Assembly: GCA_951406725.2 (NCBI GenBank)
Contig: OX597818.1
Span: forward strand, 141,732,001 to 141,796,000
DNA: 64,000 nucleotides
Source: Octopus vulgaris
Lineage: Eukaryota
Direction: 5' to 3'
The notes under the pieces are model-generated. The model ran no database searches. It worked only from the letters and a program-made list of their open reading frames with translations, and had not been told where the DNA came from. A program made the position numbers and the translations under genes. The stretch's first letter is position 1. The number at the start of each line of letters is the position of its first letter. Shown here in pieces: positions 27,063 through 41,071 of this stretch.

Positions 27063-27108
<46 letters not shown>

Positions 27109-27290
27109 TATATATATATATACAACTACCACACCACACCACACTCATATAAACATTCATGGATAGACTACATATATAGACACACATATTCATATGCATA
27201 TATACAAGTATATATGTATGCATAAGTATAATATATATATATATATGTATATATATGTACATATATATATACATATGTTTATATATATAT
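26936..27290. repeat. About 190-bp tandem duplication
   Basis: ctaccacac..caccacactcata...catatatagacacacatattcatatg...gcataagtataat occurs at about 26936 and 27126. Confidence 0.75.
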
Positions 27291-27795
27291 ATATATATGC
27301 TATAAACAATCGACGCCTGTGTACATTTCTCATTATACAGTGTCTGTTATATATGTGCATATGTTTTGTTCTGTATCTAGATATTTATTGCCTTATTTTT
27401 TGTATATATATATATGATTAGATTTGCATCTTTGTCGCTTCAATTCTGTTATTTTACATAGACAATTAGCTATCACATCTCTTATGGCCAACAACACTTC
27501 GTTTTTCTTTTTTGTTCATTTTATTTATATGGACGTATTTATTCGTCTTTCGTCATTTCCTACGTAATGGATTATCCTAATATTAGTATGGCTTCCCACA
27601 TTTACTTCATTAAGTTGTCTTATTTGAATATTCAATCATATTCTTTTCTTTTTTTTTTTGCTACTCGTAGTTTTCTACCACTTTTAATTTACAGAATAGA
27701 TATTGTTTCTTCATATGATATTTACCTACGAACGTCTTCTATGTAGACATCACTTCATAAAACTAACTGAATACTAAATATCATATATATATATA

Positions 27796-28216
27796 GGCGC
27801 AGGAGTGGCTGTGTGGTAAGTAGCTTGCTAACCAACCACATGGTTCCGGGTTCAGTCCCACTGCATGGCATCTTGGGCAAGTGTCTTCTGCTATAGCCCC
27901 GGGCCGACCAATGCCTTGTGAGTGGATTTGGTAGACGGAAACTGAAAGAAGCCTGTCGTATATATGTATATATATATATGTTATGTATGTGTGTGTGTTT
28001 GTGTGTCTGTGTTTGTCCCCCTAGCATTGCTTGACAACCGATGCTGGTGTGTTTACGTCCCCGTCACTTAGCGGTTTGGCAAAAGAGACTGATAGAATAA
28101 GTACTGGGCTTACAAAGAATAAGCCCCGGGGTCGATTTGCTCGACTAAAAGGTGGTGCTCCAGCATGGCCGCAGTCAAATGACTGAAACAAGTAAAAGAG
28201 TAAAGAGTAAAGAGTA
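27796..28216 (+). mobile_element. SINE family A, full-length (first of a tandem pair)
   Basis: ggcgcaggagtggctgtgtggtaag (A box), gggttcagtccc (B box), cttgggcaagtgtctt CORE-like segment, internal (TA)/(TG), (taaagag)n tail. Confidence 0.9.
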
Positions 28217-28220
28217 TATA

Positions 28221-28391
28221 GGCGCAGGAGTGGCTGTGTGGTAAGTAGCTTGCTTACCAACCACATGGTTCCGGGTTCAGTCCCACTGCATGGCATCTTG
28301 GGCAAGTATCTTCTGCTATAGCCCCGGGCCGACCAATGCCTTGGGAGTGGATTTGGTAGACGGAAACTGAAAGAAGCATGTCGTATATATG

Positions 28392-28428
<37 letters not shown>

Positions 28429-28646
28429 TTGTGTGTCTGTGTTTGTCCCCCCTAGCATTGCTTGACAACCGATGCTGGTGTGTTTACGTCCTTGTCACTT
28501 AGCGGTTCGGCAAAAGAGACCAATAGAATAAGTACTGGGCTTACAAAGAATAAGTCCCGGGGTCGATTTTCTCGACTAAAGGCGGTGCTCCAGCATGGCC
28601 GCAGTCAAATGACTGAAACAAGTAAAAGGGTAAAGAGTAAAGAGTA
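28221..28646 (+). mobile_element. SINE family A, full-length (second of the tandem pair)
   Basis: Near-identical to 27796-28216, directly head-to-tail. Confidence 0.9.
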
Positions 28647-28899
28647 TATACAGGCATACATAAATGAGTATGTGTATATAGTCGTCCCTGCCATGACTAC
28701 GCCGTAGCGTTGTATATGCAGTACTTCCTAGTAGAATACCTCATTTATTTTATAAAAGATAAAAGAGTGTGATCTGAAGGAAATAGGCTGCTGTTTGTAA
28801 CAGATCAAATCAATAGAAAGGGACTCAATTTGTTGGCTCGAAAAGTTTTAAACAATTAATTATTTTATGTGTAATATTTAATTCCTTCTACAATGAGCA

Positions 28900-29076
28900 G
28901 AAGTCCTGAAATTTGAGGAGAGGTAGCTAGTCGATTATATTCACCTCAGTACTCAGTTACGAAAAGGTGGAAGGTAAAGTTGACGTCGGCAATATACGAA
29001 CTCAGAACGTAAAGCCGGAAGAAAAGCTGTTAAACATTTTGTCCGGCGTGCAAACGATTTTGTCAGCTTGCCACCT
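28900..29076 (-). mobile_element. SINE family B (old copy)
   Basis: Degenerate reverse complement of family B. Confidence 0.6.
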
Positions 29077-29734
29077 TAGAGAGCAACATATGTTAATAGT
29101 GCAAAGTAATTAATACTGCATAACTATTAAATGTTTAATTAGAGCGATATCAGAAATTACAAACTTGAAAAGGTTTAACAGTTTCTTGGAAGATTTCCTG
29201 ATTACAATAGAAAGTTGCATTCTATAGCCGTTACAAAGTGGTTCCGGGAATATTATATTTAAAAGAGTTAATTCATTGACAAAAGCCATTTCCAGTTGGG
29301 ATATTTCTATTCATTCCATTGTGCGCAACCAACAATCTGCAGCAGTTGCAGCCTTCAGAACAGAAAATAGAAGAATAAAACTGTGATCTTGTCTTAGAAA
29401 TTATAACAGCATATGGTAAGATGGTAAAAGGGAAGCAGAACTCCGTAGCAGATATAATAACAGATACCTTTATATGGTTCATATGAATGTGTTGCTTCAT
29501 TGTAAGAAGAATCCGTCAAAATCGAAGATAAATCTCCGCATACAAGAATAGATCTTATAAATGATGGTTGCCACCAAGGCTAGGTACATAGGATTTGTGC
29601 TTCGTGATAACATGATTTCGGGTTCGATCTTGCAGTGTGGAAACTCGAGAAAGTATTTTCTACTGTACTTTCAGTAGTTTCAGGTTGGCCAATACTTTTG
29701 GGGTAAGGATTCGTATACGGAAGTGTGTGTGTGT

Positions 29735-29799
<65 letters not shown>

Positions 29800-29878
29800 T
29801 TCATATACACTATACACACATATATACATTGTGTGTATATAGCTGAAGGAAAGTTATATATATATATATGTGTGTGTG

Positions 29879-29930
<52 letters not shown>

Positions 29931-30231
29931 AAAAAGGAGATGTGGAACACGAGTTGTGATATATGAAGTCAAGGCTGTGAGAAATTTTCAGGATATTTAT
30001 AAGAACAAAGATATAGATATATTCTTACAGCTGTTTCAGATGTATGCGCACGAATATGCGTTTATGACTACATTTACGGATGTGTGTGAGCATGCATGTA
30101 TACATATGTATGTGTATGTATGTGCGTATGTATACACATGTATATATGTGTGTGCGTGTATATGTATAAATGCATGCACATGCACACATGTATATGTTCG
30201 TATGTGCGCATATATATATATCTACATACGT

Positions 30232-30546
30232 ATATCACCATGATCACTGTGACCGACCAGGCTATCAGATGTTGCTACACATCGCTGGTCACCATGCGCT
30301 TCGCATTGTTTTAGCCTTGAAATGACGCCACCCTGCTGGCTAAGCGAGCAGGCCAACAAAAGAAAGAGTGAGAGAAAGTTGTGGCGAAAGAGTACAGCGG
30401 GGATCGCCACCACCCCCTGCCGGAGCCTCGTAGAGCTTTAGGTGTTTTCGCTCAATAAACACTACCAACGCCCGGTCTGGGAATCGAAACCGCGATCCTA
30501 CGACCGCGAGTCCGCTACCCTAACCACCGGGCCATTTCGCCTCCAC
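30232..30546 (-). mobile_element. tRNA(Arg)-like SINE, family D
   Basis: Minus strand tggcccggtggttagggtagcggacTCGcggtcgtaggatcgcggtttcgattcccagacc, a tRNA-like head followed by a non-tRNA body. Confidence 0.75.
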
Positions 30547-31444
30547 ACATACATATATAAGATTCAAAAAGTGCCCAGAAGTACAGCAAAGGAATGTACA
30601 TAAAATTCACACACAAGACGTGGACATGCTTTTCTCCCATCACTTATTGTCCAAAAATCATTACAATTTCGCGCCTTTAACAACAAAATTATTCATTTTT
30701 TGGTAGCACAAAAGGCAACTGGTAGCATGTGAGCGAACGTAAATGACGGTAGCGAAAACAAACAAACAACAAATGTATTTGGTTCAAATATAAATATACA
30801 CATACAAATAAAGGCCTTATATGGATGAGACAGCATTTAGATAGGACATGTGTAGAAGTAACGCTAAGGGAAAACGATTAGCTGTAGAACTTGAAAAGTA
30901 AAGTAGAGAGATGGTAATATAAAGAATGTGAAAGGATGCAAGGAATAGAAAGAAAGATAGAACGAAAGGTGGAAAAAGGAAGACGAACCTAGGACTGAAG
31001 GTAAATGCGAAGGCAAGAGCCCACGGGAAGTATGACTGAACAGGTCAGCGGTCAAAGCCGAAAAGGAAGGCTGAAAAGGGAATTGGGGTATCACGTAGTA
31101 CCGAAAAGGGAGGTAGTGAAGGGTAGAAAAAGAGGCCGTAGTAGAGGTGGAAGCTAAGTAAAGGGAGAAAGGATTCAGATACAAAGAGAGGCAGGAGACA
31201 GAAGAGATGATAGAAAGAAAGGAATTAAAGAAAGGGTGCGCAAGAGAGAAGGAGGAAGAATAGTAGAATGAAAGGGGTAGACAGAATATGCAACAGAGAG
31301 ATAAGGTGATGAAAGAGGAAAGGTAGACGGAAAGAAAAAAGGGGAAAAAATACGAGAGGGAAGGTGAGAGAGAGAAAGAGAAAAAGAAAGACATCACACG
31401 AAATATTACCCACAATACATATATACGCGTATATTATATATATA

Positions 31445-32420
31445 CACAGACATGCAGGAAGTAAATAGACACCTTTAATCTTCAAAATCTTTTATTTAAT
31501 ACGCAAAGCGAACAATTGAAATGTAATCAACAGGTAGGACTACATACTTTAGTATTTAGTTGACATTCCCTTTGCAATTTTTAATTCAGAAACTCTTTTT
31601 GGCATGGAACTGATGAGCTTTGTGATTGTCTCTTGTGGAATTTCTGCCCACTTTTCACGCAACAATCGAAACAATTCATCATTAGATTTAGGTTTCTGTC
31701 GAGTTTTTTTACAGCTCTATCTAGTATGCTCTAAATATTTTTAATTGGATTCATGTCAAGAGATTGGCTCCGCCAAGGAAGCTTTTTGTTCCCCCCATTT
31801 TCAGTCGGCCATTGTTGATTCCTTTTTGTTGTGTGGCGTGGAGCTCCATTTTACATGAATAAAAACTCATTTTTCGTTATGTTATCGTGTGAATACATCG
31901 GAAGTAGTCCTTGCTTAAGTATTTCGATGTATCTTTCAGAGTTTATGCTTCCAACACATTCAATCATCTCAGAACGACCATTGCTGGGTGACAGCTCCCC
32001 ATACCATTACAGAGATACCACCATGTTTCACAGTTGATTGGAGTCGTTTCAAATCAAATTCTTAAGTGGGAAGCCTCCAGAACCAATCACGTCCTTTATA
32101 GGATCCAGTGGCTAAGGACATCATCAGGAGGAACCACGTCCGGTTTCAGCCCCTCTACCTTTTTCGACGTGGCGGCCCCCTCCTCTCCCTTTCTTTGGCT
32201 TTTGTTCTTTGGTTTCTTCGATGCAGCGTCAGCAAATGTCAGCGGGCGAATGACCACCCTCCCAAATTACCCTTTAATTTTTTTTTTTTTCTTTGGCAAA
32301 AGTTTTATATGACGCACTTTATTTTGCTATGGAGCTTACTGAAGTTAGTGATATGAATATAGATGTAATATAACACGCCAAAAAATCTAGTTGCTCCATA
32401 ATGATTTTACTGGAGGGTCA
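31445..32420 (-). pseudogene. Degenerate Tc1-like transposon
   Basis: Minus strand VMVWGA, FM*NGAPRH, WRSQSLDMNPIKNI, LISSMPKRV..AKGMSTKY*; right boundary approximate. Confidence 0.8.
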
Positions 32421-32560
32421 CACAAACAGACCGTGATCTCTTTCGACCTTGCAGTTTTAGCATGCGACAAAAATTAAAGAAGCCAAAACGCGTCTTACCA
32501 TGTTTGCAAGTGACGGATGTGCTACATATAACTCATATATATATATATATATATATATAT

Positions 32561-32717
32561 AGGAGTGGCTGTGTGGTAAGTAGCTTGCTAACCAACCACA
32601 TGGTTCCGGGTTCAGTCCCACTGCGTGGCATCTTGGGCAAGTGTCTTCTGCTATAGCCCCGGGCCGACCAATGCCTTGTGAGTGGATTTGGTAGACGGAA
32701 ACTGAAAGAAGCCTGTC

Positions 32718-32803
<86 letters not shown>

Positions 32804-33008
32804 TTGTGTGTCTGTGTTTGTTCCCCTAGCATTGCTTGACAACCGATACTGGTGTGTTTACGTCGCCGTCACTTAGCGGTTCGGCAAAAAGAGACCGATA
32901 GAATAAGTACTGGGCTTACAAAAAGAATAAGTCCCGGGGTCGAGTTGCTCGACTAAAGGCGGTGCTCCAGCATGGCCGCAGTCTGAAACAAGTAAAAGAG
33001 TAAAAGAA
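32561..33008 (+). mobile_element. SINE family A with expanded internal (TA)n
   Basis: High similarity to the 27796 copy. Confidence 0.9.
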
Positions 33009-33020
33009 TATATATATATA

Positions 33021-33232
33021 CAACTTTCTCTCACTCTTTCTTCCCGTGTCTGTATTTCAAATGGACAACCTTGTCACACTATGTGTCACGCTGAATCTCC
33101 CCGAGAACTACGTTAAGGGTACACGTGTCTGTGGAGTGCTCAGCCACTTGCACGTTAATTTCACGAGCAGGCTGTTCCGCTCATCGAATCAACTGGAACC
33201 CTTGTCGTTGTAAACGACGGTGTGCCACAACG
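33021..33232 (+). mobile_element. SINE fragment: family D motif joined to family C tail
   Basis: Starts caactttctctcactctttc (also in family D), continues as the family C 3' half (gagaactacgttaagggtac...actggaaccct). Confidence 0.65.
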
Positions 33233-33322
<90 letters not shown>

Positions 33323-33559
33323 ACATCGAGGTAAAAGTGATGAAGAGGTATTCTCCGGGCGAATTTCTTTGAAGTAATTTTCTGTCCTCCACTGAGTACG
33401 CATGTTCCGTTACCGTTTCTCGCCATCATGGTAAGGCAGTGAACTAATGACTGACTTGTTCGAAACCCGTAACCAGCGATGACCTTGCTTCCTAAATACG
33501 ATAAAAAAATAAAATAAAAACAAAATCGGTAAATAGATAGATAAATAAATAAGTACATT

Positions 33560-33984
33560 CGGATCCTTTCGGTTTAAACGGCAGTTTTTTTCTAGCGGTG
33601 TCATATGAAATTGTCACCCATAATTATGACCCTAGTATCATTTCAATCTGTTTTAGGGTTAGGGTTAGTTAGGGTTAGGGTTAGGGGTGGGGGGAAGGGT
33701 ATCTTTGTTCTTCACAAATGTAAATAAACCCAATCTGTTTCTTAAACGAGAGACATATTCATACGGCACAGAATGGTTTCACCTCAACAGACGGTCATTG
33801 ATTGGTTGAAATTGCCGAAATGCAAGAAATTAAAGACCAAATATCTTACAAACTATAGAATTTTCTTAATAAAGCCAAGAGAAAAGGATGTTTTATAAAC
33901 ACATTCTACCAGTATACGAAGTTTAAAATTTTTTAGTTACCTAGAAATTATGTTAAAATCTGCCGTTCAAACCGGAAAGATCCG
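33560..33984. mobile_element. Non-autonomous DNA transposon with 6-bp TSD and internal TTAGGG repeats
   Basis: TIR cggatcctttcggtttaaacggcag / ctgccgttcaaaccggaaagatccg; TSD TACATT at 33554-33559 and 33985-33990; ttagggttagggttagttagggttagggttaggg at about 33653-33686. Confidence 0.85.
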
Positions 33985-34529
33985 TACATTCTATTACAGA
34001 TGTGCTGCATCAGAATCTGTGCCACATCTATAAGAATATATAGAACCGTGATATTCTTGTGAGGAACACCTGTCAATAACAAGATGTAAAACGAAACATA
34101 CCTGCGTGTAGGATCCTTTGCTATAATTTGAGGAATTGGGTATGTCTCTTTCTAAAAGAAATATCTAACGGAGTTTTCCTGTTGCTTGAGAAGTATCGCT
34201 GAAGATATCCTGAGTAAGAAAGCTCAAAAGATATTTCCACAACAGTTCTGATTTATAACAAGAGAACACGCATTCGCTACAACCAGCTCTAGCCTTATTT
34301 ATTTAAATATACAAATATATACATACATACGTACATACTTACAGACACACATATACATACATACACACGCTCACACACACAGATATATATACATATATAT
34401 ATATATATATATCAACATCACAATTGTGATGTTGAACTTATAAATGGTCTATGACTATTTAATTTTTTCCCACTAGTCCGCTGGTGGCAAATAAATTCTA
34501 CGAAATTTTTTGCCACCCTATATTGATTA

Positions 34530-34567
<38 letters not shown>

Positions 34568-34637
34568 CACATATATATATATAATATATATATATACATA
34601 CATATACATATGTATACATATGTGTATATGTTTGTGT

Positions 34638-34690
<53 letters not shown>

Positions 34691-35648
34691 CATACATACA
34701 TGCAAATCATCTTTTCATGTAATTCGTTCTCTACTCTCTATTTATGTGTGTATATGTATGAATGTATGTAGTATGTACATATATACATATATGTGTGTGT
34801 GTCTGTGTATGCACATAGGTACACACACATAAATGTATTTGAGCTATATATCTGAGCTGTGTGTATATGCGTGTATGTGTATATGTGTGTGTGTAAGCAC
34901 ACGGGAAAAGAGAGTAATAAGCTTATATACCTGTGTGCATGTGTGTGTGTATATGTATATGTATAAACACATAGGTATAGATGTAAACGTGCGTACGTGA
35001 GTCGTTGTGGCGGTAGATATGTTTCAGGACCTGTGTGTGTATGTATGTACGTATGTATTATATATATATATGTGTCTCTGTGTGTGTGTGTGGTGTGTGT
35101 GTTTCAGTTGCTGTGTATCCATGCGCGTGTGTGCTTTACATTCGCATATGTCGACGTACTAAGCCATAAGTGCAAACGCTGTAATATCAAAAGAGCGCAG
35201 TGCTTTTCTAAATAGATAGCTTTATTTGGGACACCAAAGAATGAAGGGTCGGCCAAATAAACTCAATTACCTAACTTACAAATTGCTCTTTAGACTTGAT
35301 CGACAGCTTGCCATTGAGAATAATTCCAATTTGAACCGGAATTACTCGGATTGTCACATTGATATACTTTGAAAGAAGTCGAGTGGAATGATGACTATAT
35401 ATTTAGGTATCTGTGTGCGTGTATGTATGTGCGTATATATAAATATATTTGTATGTATGTATGTATGTATGTATGCATGTATGTATGTATGTATGTATGT
35501 ATGTATGTATGTATGCATGTATGTATATATATGTATATCTGTACATGTATATATACTTGCTTATATACTCAGTTATATATATACACATACATATACAAAT
35601 AAAATATACATAAAAGCATAAGTAGGTATATATATATGTGTGTGTGTG

Positions 35649-35680
<32 letters not shown>

Positions 35681-36455
35681 TACATATACACACACACATA
35701 TACTCACATATATACGTGTATACGTGTATAAGTGTGTTTGTGTGTGTGTGCGTGTGAGTGAGTGTGTGTATGTTTGTGTGTGTGTGTGTGCGTGTGTGTG
35801 TATGTACGTAGAAAATGCAACCGCTTTGTCTGCGCATTATAAGATTACTCCTCCGATCTAAGTCATTTAGCGATGTGTGTGTTGTTCGTACAGGATGTGC
35901 GGCCATTGGCTTTAACAATAGAAAAAGATTATTGCTTGTTATGAAGTATTTTTCGACGAACTGTTATATGTTTCTTGTGAGGTAAATTTTGTCATTTTGT
36001 GTTGGTTGGTTCCCTTCAAAACTGGATTCTTCAAATAATCAAAATGAAGATTTCTTTGTTTTCTTTACTTTCTCGTCGTTATTCGGTGTATTTTATTTTT
36101 CCATATCCTGTTCTTTGTGTTCTAAAGGTAACTGAAATATGTTAGGTTTATTATCCGATAGCCAAAGTATGGTATAACAAAGAATTCACATGCCTTCTTC
36201 AAAAGATGAAATTTATAATGGAACAGAACAACGAATTAAAGGAATTTGGTTTTGGATATAACCTCTGTTATATTGTAGTTGAATGAATAAAAGGCTTCCG
36301 TAGAGTAAAACCGTATTTCAAATTTTCCGTACAAAGGAAAAAATGCTGATGCCTCTTGAAATAGGAACTGTTGGCTAAGATTATCCTACCATTTCTATAT
36401 AACACACATGTAAACGCATACAAGTGTGTGAATACATACATACAGCTAGGTAGAT

Positions 36456-36534
<79 letters not shown>

Positions 36535-36959
36535 CATACGTATATATATATATATACATAGAAAGAGATTGTATACATATATATATATATATAAATACAT
36601 ATAGATGTATGTGTGTGTGCAAATATATATTATGTATAATATATTAAATATGTATAGACATAGATATACATATATACCTATATACATACACGCGCACACA
36701 CATACACACACATTGTTGTTTAAGAATTCATAAGTCAGAAGAAGCAGACAATCGTATTGAGAATCGTCGAAAGAGTGGGTATATTAATTCTTATACCATA
36801 CAGAATTATAAATCTCTTTCAGTCGATTTTACCAATTGGCTTCAAATATGAGTTAGGTTATAACTTAAGACGGCGCTCGTCAGTACAGCTGGTGTGAAAG
36901 GTTATGTGCTGCTGAAGGTCAGCAAGGCTTACATCCAGTTTGTAGTTCTTGTGAAATAA

Positions 36960-37700
36960 AAACGAAAGAAAAAATAGCGAAAACCTCGTAGAAGTTCACA
37001 GGGAAATTCATCAAGAGTTATGCCACTTAGGAGGGTTCTAATCTATACTCTGAATTCTCTTAGGCTCAAACTCCCAATTGAAAGCAATCTGAGAGACTGA
37101 TATCCTTGACGTGACCTTAAATTTAGAATCGTGTGTTTCTACGCTCCTAAGAAAGCTGAATAAGAAACTAACATACATTAATGCAGATTCCTGTCATGTA
37201 GATATTCTGTGCAGGAACCTAGTATAAGGAAAATAGTAGGTGGGTTCATGATTCAGACAGAGGCAAAGGTGTTCATGCATAGCAAACATCACGTCGTCTT
37301 AACAGCCAGTTCGAAACAGAGACGTTCATATATGAGGCAGAAGTGATATAAAAGAACGCCAGCGGGCAGAAGGACATGCAGAAATGTGTGGCCAGATTTA
37401 GCAACCATAAGTACTCATTTATCATCCAGATTAGGCGAAATGTCACAGCCCTCGCAAAGCATGTACGGTGGTTGAAGAAAAATGCCACAGATGACATCGA
37501 GTGGAAAGTACTAAAGAGATGCAAACATTACTTTAAAAGCAGTAGGAGATACAGGCTATGCCTGGCGGAGAAAATAGCAATGCTAAAGGACTCCCTTACC
37601 CAAAACTGCAAAAGTGAGGTTTCTGTTCATGTCCACATGAAAGGAAATATGCAATTGGTTACTTGCGGACTACATCATGATTATCAATATTAGAGTTTCC
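36960..37700 (+). pseudogene. Degenerate Penelope-like element, second lineage
   Basis: ETDILDVTLNL and YINADSCH (RT C-terminal part); ORF 37376..37693 RFSNHKYSF..TALAKHV..IEWKVL..LCLAEKIAM (GIY-YIG C-half). Confidence 0.75.
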
Positions 37701-38368
37701 ACCCTCAAATTTACCCCACCGCAACCAAATTTGGATATGCATATACACACATGGTTATAAAATTGGATAGCCATCCTATTCCCCTTTCCCTTTCACCCTT
37801 AGATACATATCAACTCCACAACAACTACACCCAGACCCCACTTTGCAGGCAGTCAATTCTCACACTGTGAAGATAATCTGCATTTTTGTGCGAGGTGTTT
37901 ACCTCTTTATGAATTCCTCTCTGAACTTCTTCCACGGAGTTTTCGTTCCTTATTTTTTAACAGTACCCACAAACTGGATATGACGATTGTGTGTATATGC
38001 AAGTGCATGTGTATACGTTTGCATATACGTATCAACATATATATATATATATATATAAGCAAATACATACAAATATGTGTGTGTGTGTGTATGAATATAT
38101 ATACGAATGAATGGACAGACGAAAGAAGGGTACTTAAAACATTTAATGTATGGATCAAACTGCTTTGATATATATATATAGATATATACATATAGATATA
38201 GATCCATATATAGATATAGATAGATTGAATCTTTATATATTTATACAGTTAGGAAATTTTACAAATACACTCTCTCAGGGAGATATGATATACCTATTAT
38301 AATGGGTAATACTACATGTATTTTTCATATTTTTTATTGTGTGATGTAACTCTTTGGAATAACAATGT

Positions 38369-38463
38369 TTGCGGCTGAAGAGAGCTTTAAACCATCTTTT
38401 ATATCAATAATACACTAATGTAAGAACGGACTGTTTATAAAGCTTGAAACACGTGTACCGCGA
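38369..38463 (+). ncRNA. Type I hammerhead ribozyme, canonical core, extended stem II
   Basis: TTGCGG-CTGAAGA-GAGCTTTA...TAAAGCTT-GAAA-CACGTG-TA-CCGCGA; predicted cleavage after A38457 (GUA). Confidence 0.8.
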
Positions 38464-38497
38464 TATCCTTTGTTTTCTGTTTTTAATTTTATATGAT

Positions 38498-38583
<86 letters not shown>

Positions 38584-39169
38584 TTATGGATAGGCAAATA
38601 GATACATAAACAATTATATACATATATTGGACTATATCGATCTATACTCTCAATTCATATCGTGTGTATTTTAAAATCTCTATCTTCCTCTCTCTCTCTT
38701 TCTTTTTCTGTCTCTCTTTATATACATATATATATAGAGAGAGAGATAGAGGGGGGAGGGAGAGAGAGATAAAGACAAACAGATACACAGACACAGTGAC
38801 AGACAGACGGACAGACAGAGGAAGGAATCAATAACGTACATGCAGCGTGTGCTGTGGGGTATTCCTTTTATCAGCTGTCGACAGGAGATCAATACGATTT
38901 TGGCACTTCCGGGAGACAATATATGCATGCATATATGTGTGAGTATGAGTGTGCGTGCGATTGTGAGTGTAGGCGTGTGACTAAGTGTGTGTGAGTGAAT
39001 TAAGAAATCATACAACATTTTAGATATATTCTGTTCCATACACGTATCTTCCTCTGCATGTTCCTATGTATATAAGTAAGAATGTAAGAATGTTTATATA
39101 CATAGGTGTATATGAATACTCAAACATACACATACACAGAGAATATAATATGCATATTCATATATATGT

Positions 39170-39217
<48 letters not shown>

Positions 39218-39663
39218 GCACACATATATATATACATATATGTACACGTACATGTATATGCTGATAGATAGATAGACAGGTAGACATACAGACAGATAAA
39301 CAGACAGGCAGGCAGACAGACAGGATGACAGACAGACAGATATATAGATAGATATAATTTTCTACAGCTGTACGCATGTGCAAATATGTGATGTGTGCTT
39401 TTATGTGCGTTTTTATATATGTGTAGTGTGTGTGTTGTGTGTTTTGTGTATGTATGTGTACGTATGCATGAATATGAATATACACAAACCCACAGATGTA
39501 TATATTAGAATTATATATACATAAAGTCATTCATGTATGCATGTATATGTGTGTATATGTATACATAAATATAGACCATAATTGCACATGTATATACTCA
39601 TATTATACATATATTTTTACATATATGATACATATGCCTTTATATACGTATACACACACACAT

Positions 39664-39705
<42 letters not shown>

Positions 39706-40078
39706 TCATATGCATATACCTATATACAAATATGTGTAGATGCAGCTTCTTACAAAAACGTTCGTACGCCTTGAGTTAAGACAACGTTTGGGCAGGTGTT
39801 GTAGATGTGTTCAGATGAAAACTAATAGAATAAAGAAGACGAAGAAGAAGAAGATGAAGAAGCATTAAAAAAATGCAAGCAGCAAGTTCTTTCTCTGAAG
39901 TGAATTCTGACGATAGTTTTCTTGTTGTTGTTTCTTTTCTTTTCTTTTGGATTTTTTTGTGTTGCTTTATTTTTGTGTATTTTCCACAAAGATGTAAGGA
40001 AGTCAAACGAGGAAAGATGAAAGACTATTGCTAGGTTCAAAAGGTTTTTAGTCTTGTTACCTTCTCTGCTGTTCTTTC

Positions 40079-40079
<1 letters not shown>

Positions 40080-40120
<41 letters not shown>

Positions 40121-40396
40121 CAGCAGGAGATGGTGTTGGTAGTAGGGGTGTTGATGGTAGTTGTTGTCGTCATGGAGTTTCTGGCAGTGGTGTCGCTTAT
40201 GTTGTTGTCATTGCTCTATATGGTGGGTAGGATTTTATGATGTAGAAATAGTGGTGGTGTGGGTGGTAGTGGCTGTTATGGTGGTGGTGTGGGTGGTAGT
40301 GATTGCTATGGTCTTGGTGATTGTAGAGATGGACGTTGTTATGGACGTTCTTGTAATGTTTGTAATGGTGTTGCCAATTTTGTTTGGTGATAGTGA

Positions 40397-40473
<77 letters not shown>

Positions 40474-40912
40474 ATTATAACGGTAGTGGTAGAGATGGTA
40501 GCTGTGTCGTTAGTGCTCATAATGGGTGTAGTGTTAATGATGATATAACGGTAGTGCTAGTTTGGGTGGTAGTGTTAATGGTTGCAGTATTTAGATGGTA
40601 GTTGTTGTACAGGGTGCAACGAGGGTTGTGGTGGCGATGTTTGTGTTGTTGTTATTGTTTTTGTTGTGGTTCGTGATAGTAGCGGTTGTGTGGTGGTGGT
40701 GGTGGTGGTGGTGGTGGTGGTGGTGGTGGTGTGATGGTGGTGTGGTGAGTGCAGCGAGGGTTGTGGTGGCGATGTTTTGTTGTTATTGTTTTCGTTGTTG
40801 TTCGTGGTGGTAGTGGTTGTGTGGTGGTGGTGGTAGTAGTTGTGTGGTGGTGGTGGTGGTGGTGGTGGTGGTGGTGGTGGTGGTGGTGTGGTGTGGTGTG
40901 GTGTGGTGGTGG
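40080..40912. repeat. (TAG)n/(TGG)n low-complexity block with an about 135-bp tandem duplication
   Basis: gc.gcgagggttgtggtggcgatgttt unit at about 40616 and 40751. Confidence 0.8.
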
Positions 40913-41071
40913 GGTTGTCTCGAAACGGTATTACCAGAAATAATCTATGATTATCACAGTACTATGATATTTACCGGAATTCTAAGTGAGAATTCAAATT
41001 TCTGTTCAGAATAATTAAAGAGCTATTATACTCTATCATAGCTTAAAATTAATTATATATATATATATATA

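Noticed and set aside
29273-29500. Possible host exon
   Set aside because: No recognisable domain, and stops in all three plus frames after the candidate acceptor
30470-30546. tRNA-Arg gene
   Set aside because: Arms are imperfect and the sequence continues into a SINE body; treated as a SINE head
30864-31415. 183-aa F/S/L-rich ORF
   Set aside because: Antisense reading of a purine-rich low-complexity tract
33653-33686. Telomere or chromosome-fusion scar
   Set aside because: Short and enclosed by the TIRs and TSD of a transposon
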